Assembly: GCF_001194135.2 (NCBI RefSeq)
Contig: NC_068982.1
Coordinates: 65,186,928 to 65,250,927 of the forward strand
Origin: Octopus bimaculoides
Lineage: Eukaryota
Reading direction: 5' to 3'
DNA: 64,000 nucleotides
The position numbers and the translations under genes were made by a program. The notes under the pieces are model-generated. The model was not told the DNA's origin. It saw only the letters and a list, made by a program, of their open reading frames with translations, and searched no databases. This document shows positions 53,089 through 64,000 of this stretch, in pieces (position 1 is the first letter of the stretch; every line of letters begins with the position of its first letter).

Positions 53089-53476
53089 GTGGAGGTGCAA
53101 TGGCCCAGTGGTTAGGGCAGTGGACTCGCGGTCATAGGATCGCGGTTTCGATTGCCAGACCGGGCATTGTGAGTGTTTATTGAGCGAAAACATCTAAAGC
53201 TCCACGAGGCTCTGACAGAGGATGGTGGCGAACCCTGCTGTACTCTTTCACCACAACTTTCTCTCACTCTTACTTCCTGTTTCTGTTGTGCCTGTAATTC
53301 GAAGGGTCAGCCTTGTCACACTGTGTCACGCTGAATATCCCCGAGAACTACGTTAAGGGTACATGTGTCTGTGGAGTGCTCAGCCACTTGCACGTTAATT
53401 TCACAAGCAGGCTGTTCTGTTGATCGGATCAACTGGAACCCTCGACGTCGTAAGCGACGGAGTGCCAACAACAACA
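53089..53476 (+). mobile_element. SINE family A (OR1-like), full length with 13-bp TSD
   Basis: TSD atcctgattaaac at 53075-53087 and 53477-53489. Confidence 0.95.
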
Positions 53477-54103
53477 ATCCTGATTAAACAGAACCAACAT
53501 AAAGTAGTAGAGACTCCTTTTGTCTTGTAGGGTCCAAGGCATTGTTACTAGTGCTGGTGCTAAAATAAAATGCATTCAGAGTACTTTGTAAAGTAATTGG
53601 CAAATGAGTAAAGACAACATAATCAAAAGGACATTTAGTCTTGTTTTGATGAGGACAAGACAACCTCTCTTGTGCTAGAGCCATCATAAAATGCACCAAG
53701 TACACTGTGGTGTGCTTGGTGCTAGGGAGGACATGTAGCAACAGAAATCATGTCAGAAATAAAAAATATAAGACGTTGTCTCCTGAATTGTCTAGGAGGG
53801 CTGTAATTCCAAATAAGAACTGACTTGGACATCACAACCACTCTAACCCATGCCAACATGGAAAGCAGGTGCAAAATGATGATGGTGATGTTGTTGTTGA
53901 TGACAATAATAATGATAATGATTGTGATGGCAATGGCTGCTGTGGTGATGATGACAACACCTACACATGTCCACAGAGTTTTTAAGTAGATGTGAGACAG
54001 GTTGCCTCTCAGATTTGAACTATATTCTATGACAAATAAGTGTTACTCAAAAACCATGCAAGATTTAGAAGGTTAATTCACTCATCATAGTTTACTATTA
54101 GTT

Positions 54104-54198
54104 TTACAGATAATCATAATTATGCAGAACATGCTGCAACAGTTTGTGAAGTTCTTGGAAATTTTCAGATCCCTCAGACTCAATGTAGCAAGGAGAAA
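54104..54198 (-). CDS. Candidate coding exon, unidentified protein (low confidence)
   Basis: Minus-strand acceptor ttttcttttttcatcag| followed by xSPCYIESEGSENFQELHKLLQHVLHNYDYL*, in a TE-poor stretch. No homolog recognised. Confidence 0.3.
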
Positions 54199-55324
54199 CT
54201 GATGAAAAAAGAAAATGTTACAATCTAGTATTGTCGATTTTTACATTTTGAGCTGTAATCAGATTTGCACTGGAGATAAACAATGTTAATATTCAGTATC
54301 ATATGACCATAGTTAAAATTTCTAAATAAAGCATAAAATTGTTGCTATTATTTGCCTCATATCTCATATTAAACTGACTCATAAGATTTTGTAGCATTTA
54401 AGTATTTAAGAGGAAAATACTTGTAATTTACACTGAATTTTTTTAGCATAGCTTCTTAGCTTTCAAGTTTGCTGTTTTAAGATCCTAAAGCAAATAGCAG
54501 CATCAGCAGGTAAAGTTGGGATCTTGTTATAAAGCAGCAGTAAAGAGTAAACACTTGTGATTACTAAGACATAAAAGGAAAGACTTCTGTTTATAGTAAG
54601 CTTAATATAGAAGTTGAGTCACAAACAGCTTTTCTTCTTTAAAAGAAACCTCCCCCACAGATGGCACCCCCCAACACTTCTTGAAGAGGTAAACAAGGGA
54701 AGTAATTATATGATGTTATTGTCTATTATTGGACTAATGTGGAAAATGTATTTTTAATCTAGATGTTAAAGGGAACACTAAAAATCGGCCTTACTGATTA
54801 CATATTCTCAAAGAATATATAAACACTTGTCCTTTGTTGGATACTAGGGTCTAAATCTATGGTGGTTGTTTAGTTTTACCAACCAGACCCATAATAATGA
54901 TCTTTAGCTGTGACTAACCAGTTCCCTTTCCAGGCATAGTGTATTTAGGACTACATCCTTACTTTTTAATATAGCAGGGTGTTATGAGAGTGATATTGTT
55001 GGTATTTCTAGTAGGTTGAACTACCATATCCAGGCTCTCTCATTGGCTCATAGATGTTTGGTTGTCAATAAAACCATCATCATCATCATTGTTGTTATCA
55101 TTTAATGTGTGACTTTCATGCAGGCATGAGTTGGATGTTTTGACAGGATCCTGCAATCCTGCCGATTGCGTCAAACTCTAATGTCTACTTTCCATATGGG
55201 AGGTAAATAGTTGATGGCGGGCCTCAGCATATAAGGATTTCTATGAGCATAACTCACACAGTTGAGGAGAAGAAACAATCTAATCAACTCCAGTACTTGA
55301 CTGGTGCTTACTATGCCAGTCCCT

Positions 55325-55670
55325 TCTCAACCACATAGTTCTGGGTTCAGTCCCACAGTGGGCAAGTGTCTTCTGCTATAGCCTCAGGCCAACCAGAGCC
55401 TTATGAGTGGATTTGTCTATGGAAACTGAAAGCCTGTTGCATGTGTGTGTTTGTGTTTGTCCCCCACCACTTCTTGACAACTGGTGTTGGTTTGTTTATG
55501 TCCCCATATCTTAGTGGTTTGGCAAAAAGAGATCAATGGAATAAGTACCAGGCTTTAAAAAAAGGAAAAAAGTACTGAAGTCAATTCATTTAACTAAAAG
55601 TTCTTCATAGCAGTGCCCCAGCATGACCACAATCTAATGACTGGAACAGATGTAAGATAAAAGATAAAAG
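55325..55670 (+). mobile_element. CORE-like D1 SINE
   Basis: ttctcaaccacatagttctgggttcagtccc...gggcaagtgtcttctgctatagcc...gactggaacagatgtaagataaaagataaaag. Confidence 0.78.
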
Positions 55671-56118
55671 ATAGTGTGCTTTGAACTCTGTATGTAAAAG
55701 GGTGTAACAAAATACTGCTAAACATTAAGTCCAATACTCCGTTGGTTCTGCTAATCCAATGCCTGACCTCTGTGAACAGTGAACATTCCATCTTACACTC
55801 CAGATGGAATATATTAATTAAATACGATCATTTAAATATTGATTACTTTTGATTTAGCACAAGGGTAATTTTTGCAATTCTGATTATTTGTTTCATTGGC
55901 CCCAGAGAGATTAAAAGCTGAATGTAATTAAATTCAGAATGTAGCACTTTCAGACTAAAAATCTGTTAAGCCATTTAAAGCAAATTATATCTTGCTTGAG
56001 TATCAAACATTTTTGGCTTTTTTTTTTTCTTCATCAAAAGCGAATAATATGGGATGAGGGCAAACCCCAAAACAGATTATGTGTATTAATATTGTTGTTG
56101 TTGTTGCTGTTGTTAAAT

Positions 56119-56792
56119 AGGGTAGTGGATTGGCAGAATTGTTGAAGAATCATACTAAATGCCTTGCACTATTTAGTTATAGAACTTTATACTCTGGGTT
56201 CAAATCCCACTGAGGTCAACTTTGCCTTTCATCCTTTCGGGGTTGATAAAATACAAAACCAGTTAAATACTGGGAGATCAATACAGTTGACTGTTCCCTA
56301 CTTCTAAATCTAAGGTCTTGTACTTATGTAAGGCAATCAGTATTATTATTAAGGCAGTGACCTGATAGAATCATGAGCATGCCAGGCAAAATATTTAGAT
56401 GCATTTTGTCCTTCTTTATGTTCTGAGTTCAAATTCTGCCAAGGTCAACTTTGCTTTCATTCATTTCGGGGCTGATGAAATAAGTACCTGTTGATCACTG
56501 GGGTTGATATGAGCCTCCGAAATTGCTGGCCTTATCCCAAAATTTGAAACCATTATTAATATTATGGCAGCGAGCTGGCAGAATCATCAACATGTTGAGC
56601 AAAATGCTTAATGGCATTTTGTCTGTCTCAGTATTCCGAGTTCAAATTCCGCTAGGTTGATTTTGCCTTTCATCCTTTTGGGGTTCATGAAAGATGTTGA
56701 GCATTAGGGATGATGTATCAACTTGTCCCCTCCTCTAAAGATTTTCACATTTTGTACCTATAATAGAAAGGATTATTATTATTATTATCATC
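56119..56792 (+). mobile_element. Three head-to-tail family-B SINEs joined by (ATT)n
   Basis: Units at about 56119-56350, 56351-56560 and 56565-56790, each with a B box and the ttgcctttcatcc core. Confidence 0.85.
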
Positions 56793-57199
56793 ATTAACTA
56801 GATGAAATAAAAGGGACTGATATATGAGTACTCTACTCATGCAAGGTTTGACAACTATAACTGGTAATGACAACTATAACTGTTTAAGTGTGTTAGGGAT
56901 CTGTGGTAGCAATTGAGTGCTACTAGTGCAATTGAGAAATACAACACAGAAATACACTGTCTGGTAACAGAGAGAAGATGTTTAAAATATCTCAATTACA
57001 TATTATCAAAATTGCTACTAAAGCTATGAAAATACATTTATTTCACTATATCAATGTTAACATACATCCAGAATGCTGTGTCTACAATTGTTTATATATG
57101 AAGTATATGTAGTGGATATTATCATGGATTTAGAAATAACATCACTGCTATTTCTTCTGCAGCTGCTTCTTTGACAAACATCAATATATTGCCCAGATT

Positions 57200-57235
<36 letters not shown>

Positions 57236-58805
57236 CACTTAGCCTTGATTTCACATTGATGCTATTTCACTTCATTCATGTTGCTAATGCCCTTGGGGAA
57301 AAAAATAAGTATCTCAGAAATTTCTCGTCTTCCTCCACTCCCCTTTAAATTTCTAGAATCTGATACCTTTGTAAGAATGAAATTTCAAAGACTATACTTA
57401 TGTCACCTGATGTTTCATGTTCTTTGATGTGATTGGAAAGATAAAGTGGGTAATATATATTTGTATGTCTGAATTGTTATATGTATATGTGAGTGAATGA
57501 AATGACTTGGAGCTTGGTTGATTTTATTTGTTCAACCAATCCACTGGTATATTCTGAGTTATTATCATATGAAGTTTGAATCATATTTTCATTGAGTTTC
57601 ATATTTCTTTCTACTATATCACAGCATATTAGCAAATATCAAGATCCTGTGTTGCTTTATTTAGACTTATACTTTACAAATATGATAACCAACATTAGCT
57701 TGCTACCTCAACCAGGTACACCACAGAGTGGTAGACTTAAACTAGCTATTTCTATGTCTTGGTGGGATGGACTTAATCCATGGCCTGGTTTAACACCACC
57801 ACCTAGCTCTTGAGTACCTTTAGCAGAATCTATACTGTTGCAAGCATTTGGAGACCTGGGCAAGTTCTCTGGATGGACTGAAGATAACTTTCTCTCTTCT
57901 TGCTACCAGTCTTGGATCCTAGTCATCCTTCTGATTAAATATGTGTATATATGGATATATATATGTGTGTGTGTGTGTGCATATATATGTGTTTGTATAT
58001 ATATATATATATNNNNNNNNNNNNNNNNNNNNNNNNNNNNNNNNNNNNNNNNNNNNNNNNNNNNNNNNNNNNNNNNNNNNNNNNNNNNNNNNNNNNNNNN
58101 NNNNNNNNNNNNNNNNNNNNNNNNNNNNNNNNNNNNNNNNNNNNNNNNNNNNNNNNNNNNNNNNNNNNNNNNNNNNNNNNNNNNNNNNNNNNNNNNNNNN
58201 NNNNNNNNNNNNNNNNNNNNNNNNNNNNNNNNNNNNNNNNNNNNNNNNNNNNNNNNNNNNNNNNNNNNNNNNNNNNNNNATATATATATATATATATATA
58301 TATATAGCCTTATCTAGTTTTGAGCCTTAGTTAAATACAACATATATATCTGATATATATATTCATTCTTTCATCCACCTTTTCACTCACTTCAGTCATC
58401 TCTGCTCTCTATCATCACTCATACCTGTCGATCTTTTATCTCTCCATCACCTATTAATGCTTTTATACTATGAATTACTTCCCTACATATCACCCCCTAT
58501 GCTCTACCTCCCCCTTTCTTCACTAGGCCTATGTACTGCTCTGTCATACATAAGCATCATCACTCTACTTCTGCTCACCATCCCTTTTCTATTTATATAA
58601 AATTTGTGTTTGTTGCAACTTTCACTTGATGGTTCATTAAGTCAGTCAGTTTTAATGAACCATCAAACAAAACTTTAAGTTCCAGTCAACATGAATTTAC
58701 ATATGTTGTGATATATATAAATGTTTTTATTTTTTTCAAAGTCAAAAGAAGTTATAAAAAATTAATGATACAGGTCATGGGTTTGTACTTTTACCTAGCA
58801 TTTCA

Positions 58806-58911
58806 GTATTTCAGGGTTAGAACCCCTTTTTCAGGTAATCTACAGAGAAAATGTTTTCAACTAACTTGTCCTTAGATTTTTCTGAAGACGTTGTCCCAAC
58901 CCTGAAACTTT
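58806..58911. mobile_element. Penelope-like inverted terminal remnant with two oppositely oriented hammerhead-like motifs
   Basis: Minus strand: ctgaaaa-aggggttctaaccct-gaaa (58806-58834). Plus strand: ctgaaga-cgttgtcccaaccct-gaaac (58882-58911). Confidence 0.45.
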
Positions 58912-59006
58912 GAAATATCAAATAAAAGTACTAACCATCAGTCAGAATTAGTCATTTTCTATAATTTACATTGATTTGGCTAAAAAAAAACTGAAAAAAA
59001 TTAAAA

Positions 59007-59052
<46 letters not shown>

Positions 59053-60040
59053 ATTAGGGAATGTCAAAATCCAAACTTACAAGGACATTCAATTTAGTAA
59101 TACCAAATTGAATTTATAATACGACAAGGAATCTTTGATAAGATAAGTGATGCTGTTTATTTTACTAATACTGTTAAACGTTCAAATTGATTTATTAGTT
59201 AATAACTCTATCTTTTTATATGTATTCCTATTCTTAATCTACAGAAAGCATTTCTTTATTAGAGGAATTAGGCCTTTAACTTGAATGATTATTATTATTA
59301 AACCTTGACATTTTATGTATTGTACTAATAAGAGCTTTCCTACATGTACAGATGTTTCTACTTTATTCCTATTTTATCCTTCAAAAATTTCAAGTAATTT
59401 TTTGTTAGGTATGACATTCAGAAAGTCCTACAAATTCCAGGTTGCCCATGACTGCTTTACACAATCACTTAACATGCTAGAAATAACAGTCAAATTCCCT
59501 CAAATCATACCTTATCATAGAAGAAAGACACATTTGCCAAAAAAGAAAGGATGGTCATGACTGGAATGCCTTTAATCATGGGCCTGCACAGTCAGGGGTA
59601 ACCTCATGGTTAACTACAATATTCGAAGTTAAGACAAGAAACCCATTTAGGTTACTGATAAGAAGCAGTAATTATTATAGACTACATCCAACTGCACACA
59701 TCTGTCACAGCATGTTATCAAATCTGAAGGTTCTATGTGGCTTCATTCCAGACTGTCATTTTAGTGCCAGTATAGTAAATATGCCAACCAACTTCAACAT
59801 GCAACCTAACTAGTTACATCAAAGAATCCTTTTAGTCAACTTTTGACACTTTACATAACGCAATCTCATATACTTATGTTTATCCTTATTTGACTTTTAT
59901 TTATTTTTAATTAGATATCCTCCTTTGAAAAGTTTCCATCCTGTTTATTTAACTATCTCATGTGATGGATCATGTACATATACATCAAAATTCAGGCACA
60001 TTTATGTTTCTTACATGCACAACACACACACACACACACA

Positions 60041-60099
<59 letters not shown>

Positions 60100-60820
60100 C
60101 CTGTATGCTTGCATGTCGGTGCATTCGCACTTACAGGATTCTCTGCCTACATGTAGTTTTATGCATTAGGTTCTTTAATGGACAAGAGGAACTACAGAAT
60201 TTTGTCCATACATGTCATTTTGATATGTTCATACATAGGTTGATATGTCCACAAGCATCAGTGGCTTAGCTAGGTGGCTTATATACCTTGTGCTATACAA
60301 GTTAATAATACAAACAAGGTTTCATTGCAAAGTGATCCACATTATTATATTTCTGTAACAGTGTTTCTAATTTGGGCACAAAGCTAGCAGTTTGAGAGAT
60401 GAGATAGTATATAGTATATAAAGGGTAAAGACTTCCTTCAGTCATGAATGATCATGGTATTGCACCTAGAAAGTTCCCCTCCAAGACACAAGTCCAGGCA
60501 AGATTGTTTATGGAAGACCAGTAGTAACCCATGCATACCAGCCTCCCCTCTCCATGCCATCGATTTTATCCAAGGGAAAGGTAAAGGCTGGTACAGCTTG
60601 GCACCAGTGATCTCACAACTCATTTCTACGACTGAGTGAACTGGAGCAGCCTGAAATAAAGGGTCTTACTCAGGAATACAACACATAGCCTGATACTATA
60701 CTATACTGTACCCCTTGTGCTCGACTGGTACTTTACAATATCAAGCCTGGAGTGATGAAAGGTATTGTTGTCAATGATGCTCTCTATATTTTTTCCTTTA
60801 AATATTTTATTATTTTCACA

Positions 60821-61030
60821 GCAGCAAGCTGGCAGAATCATTGCTGTTGGAAAATGTTTTGTTTCATTTATTCCATAACATTACATACTGTGTTCAAACA
60901 TCACTTAGGTCAACTTTACCTTTCATCCTTTCGGGGTTGATACAATAGAATACCAATCAAGTATTGGAATTGACTAACTCCCCTCCTTCAAAATTTCTGG
61001 TCTTGTGCCTATATCAGAAACCATTATTTT
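60821..61030 (+). mobile_element. SINE family B, internally deleted
   Basis: gcagcaagctggcagaatcatt...ggtcaactttacctttcatcctttcggggttgata...cttgtgcctatatcagaaaccattatt. Confidence 0.8.
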
Positions 61031-61471
61031 TACATTCATTTACATTGTTAAGATAGGCTACCAATGTAGAGTTTTATGGACCTTTGTGAGATGTTAATGT
61101 GAGTGTTGGAGCTGTTTTTCTTTTGAGTTTTCTCTTGTGAAGCAGTTCTTGAAAGCATTATAGCATTTCATCTTTACCTGAACGCTTTTGGATAACAAAC
61201 CCATGCAAAACTACCCTTGTGTCTATGCAACAGACTTCTAATTTTAAAGTCATTTGAATACAAATAAATCAAACCTTCCATCAAAATTTCATGTTAATTT
61301 ATGTTCCAAATATCAGCTTAATAAGAGCAAAGTTATTTAATCAAATTCTTAATTATTTCCAAAATTAATTGAAATAGAGAGAACATATTTCAACAGATAT
61401 CTGGTAACAAAAGGAGGCTCCACTCACAAATAGGGTCTTTATTAGTGTCTTTTACATCAGAGGTTCTAAAT

Positions 61472-61639
61472 CAGTGGTTCTCAGCCTTTTTAATACCTGG
61501 GCCAGATCCAAAATCTGATTTTTATTTAGGGGACTGCACCAAAAAAAGACACACATTATTTAAAGAAAATTTTATATTTAAAGAGGGAAGACTGTTGAGG
61601 GTTGCATGAGGCCCTGAAACCCACAGTTGAGAACCATTG
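61472..61639. mobile_element. hAT (Charlie-type) MITE, 168 bp
   Basis: TIRs cagtggttctca / tgagaaccattg; degraded 8-bp TSD ttctaaat/ctgtaaat. Confidence 0.8.
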
Positions 61640-62183
61640 CTGTAAATCCATTGCATATAAATTGCTTTATTAATCCTTGAAAACTCTTTCAGAGGGAAAG
61701 AAGTTCTTCCTCAGCTGCATATTTACACCATTACAACCTTGCTTAATTGAACAGTTTGACAATGTTTACGATGTTCAATTCTTTTTCAATTTACTGTATT
61801 TATGGCCATTGATTTTTCCCCTATTTTGTTTTTGCCATGTAACTCTGCTTCATCGATATTCTGGTCTTTCTAAATAGTCTGGTGGATTATCTTAATGTTT
61901 TCTTTACAAATTTCTCATATATGGAGGAGGCAATGGGTCTTTAAATTCAATATTATTTCTTGATATAATAGTTAATGATATTAATGAAGTAATGTTGGGC
62001 TGTTAGTAAACAAACTTTATTGATTCAAATTGTGTCTAGATTATCAGAGTAGTCTATAATATTATCAAACAATATGATCATTTTGGTTCAATGATGCATT
62101 TCTCACATAACATTTGAAGCACACCAAATTTGGTAAAATATCCAAGATCACTCAAGTTTGCATGTTTGATTTCTAAATCACTG

Positions 62184-62289
62184 TTTGGTTTGATTTATAC
62201 ATTTAATTCATTGAGATATACCAGAACTGGTTTTGATTTGGTTTGATTTATACATTTAATTCACTAAGATATACCAGAACTGGTTTTGA
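62184..62289. repeat. 53-bp tandem duplication
   Basis: 62184-62236 and 62237-62289 differ at 2 positions. Confidence 0.93.
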
Positions 62290-62503
62290 TTTATAATTGC
62301 TTTTAACATGGCTTCCTAGCAAGACAACCCAAACTGGACATGTGCAACCATCAATTCAGATGTATATTTTTTTCTTCGAGTGAGATAACAAGCATGAGAA
62401 TGTAGTCTTTTGGGGAACAAACAGTGAAAGTCAAGACTCTTTGTCTTTCATATTGAAGACAAGTTTGTTCTGCAACATACTATAAGTAAATGTTTGTAGC
62501 AAT

Positions 62504-62754
62504 GTGGAGGTGTGTGGCTTAGTGGTTAGAGTATTGGACTCATGATCATAAGATTGTGGTTTTGATTCCTGGACCAGACAGCGCGTTGTGTTCTTGAGCA
62601 AAACACTTTATTTCACATTGCTCCAGTCCACTCAGCTTGCAAAAATGAGTAATCCTGCAACAGACTGGCATCCCATCCAGGTGTGGAATATATACACCAT
62701 GAAACTGGGAAACCAGCCCTTGTGAGTCAGCATGACTCAAGAAGGTAACTTTAC
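62504..62754 (+). mobile_element. SINE family G, full length
   Basis: Head gtggaggtgtgtggcttagtggttag, core gttcttgagcaaaacactttatttcacattgctccagtccactcagc, tail gactcaagaaggtaactttac. Confidence 0.85.
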
Positions 62755-63129
62755 CCGATCTTTTTGCCATCTGCGTAAAGTTGAAAAATTTGCTTCACAG
62801 CTCTGTGGTTCTACTTTCAATCTCATTCTGTGATATTTTGAGCAAATGTGTTCTACCATAACTTCAGGTTCATTTGAGCCTTACAAGTGAATTAAGTAGA
62901 CTGAAACTGCACAAGACTTAATTTGTTTCTGGCCCTAGGATACTCAATATGTTATGGTGTTTTTTTCTTCTTTCCTCTACAAGTCTCAGAGGCTCTGAAA
63001 AATTCCATAGACTATGTCCTTTCTTTTTGATCAAACCATAAATGAAATGCTCTAATGCTATAACAGTGTGAAGCAAAAAGTCATTAATTAGAATATTTGT
63101 ATATTTATTATATCAATAATGTAGAGGCA

Positions 63130-63513
63130 GTGGAGGCGCAATGGCCCAGTGGTTAGGGCAGCGGACTCGCGGTCATAGGATTGCGGTTTCGATTCCCAGA
63201 CCGGGCGTTGGGAGTGTTTATTGAGCGAAAACACCTAAAGCTCCACGAGGCTCCGGCAGGGGATGGTGGCGAACCCTGCTGTACTCTTTCACCACAACTT
63301 TCTCTCACTCTTACTTCCTGTTTCTGTTGTGCCTGTAATTCAAAGGGTCAGCCTTGTCACACTGTGTCACGCTGAATATCCCCGAGAACTACGTTAAGGG
63401 TACACATGTCTGTGGAGTGCTCAGCCACTTGCACATTAATTTCACGAGCAGGCTGTTCCGTTGATTGGATCAACTGGAACCCTCAACGTCGTAAGCGACG
63501 GAGTGCCAACAAC
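63130..63513 (+). mobile_element. SINE family A (OR1-like), full length with 12-bp TSD
   Basis: TSD aatgtagaggca at 63118-63129 and 63514-63525; CpG-rich; tRNA-Arg-like head. Confidence 0.95.
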
Positions 63514-64000
63514 AATGTAGAGGCAAAAGCAAGAGNNNNNNNNNNNNNNNNNNNNNNNNNNNNNNNNNNNNNNNNNNNNNNNNNNNNNNNNNNNNNNNNN
63601 NNNNNNNNNNNNNNNNNNNNNNNNNNNNNNNNNNNNNNNNNNNNNNNNNNNNNNNNNNNNNNNNNNNNNNNNNNNNNNNNNNNNNNNNNNNNNNNNNNNN
63701 NNNNNNNNNNNNNNNNNNNNNCCCTGGATGAGATTTGAACTTGTAACCAAAAGGAAGAAAACTAAATACATTTAATCTCTACCATCTCCACTATTAATGT
63801 AGCAGGGTAAACTGTAGACCTCATGGAGAGTGCCTGCTATGAACTCCATAACTATAAGCCTTCTATTGGTTTTATATTAGGTATATTTGTTAAGTAAGTC
63901 TCAAGGCACATATCTTTGTATTAGTTGAATTATTTTCAGGCTATTTCCATCTTGTAAATTGTAACATTGTTAATAAGAAATATTAGATGGCAGTTGGCAT

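Noticed and set aside
54110-54228. Plus-strand peptide DNHNYAEH, resembling the BAP1 NHNY HCF-binding motif
   Set aside because: Only a six-residue match; the rest is unrelated and the frame stops after 38 codons.
63130-63205. tRNA-Arg-like sequence (and other A/B-box heads)
   Set aside because: It is a SINE head: no proper acceptor stem, continuous with the SINE body, and enclosed by TSDs.
63181-63513. Recurring ORFs such as MRFRFPDRALGVF... and MSVECSATC...
   Set aside because: Incidental frames within SINE family A; they have no retroelement or host protein motifs.

Overview
AT-rich, repeat-dominated eukaryotic genomic DNA with 13 N-gaps (about 3.5 kb in total), most of them flanked by microsatellites. 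The repeat families point to an octopus (coleoid cephalopod) genome; this is my recognition, not a database result. I cannot support any complete protein-coding gene, rRNA, true tRNA gene or CRISPR array. Almost all ORFs in the track are microsatellite, SINE or N-gap artefacts, and only a few low-confidence candidate exons remain. The window is filled with several tRNA-derived SINE families that share heads and cores but carry different tails. I label them A, B, C, D, E, G and H; these are working labels, not published names. It also holds two RTE-clade LINE 3' fragments, a mariner transposase tail, piggyBac-, hAT- and mariner-type MITEs, and Penelope-like remnants. The best second-look items are: (1) an RTE/BovB-like LINE end encoding three tandem C2H2 zinc fingers (51628-52150); (2) a nested fold-back with 218-bp arms at about 94.5% identity and a competing inner hairpin (9602-10947); (3) Penelope-type hammerhead-like motifs (1874-1909, and an inverted pair at 58806-58911); (4) a 213-nt ungapped hairpin (20826-21038); (5) the modular tail-swapping SINE system, including head-to-tail (ATT)n-linked arrays. 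All alignments and mismatch counts were done by eye.
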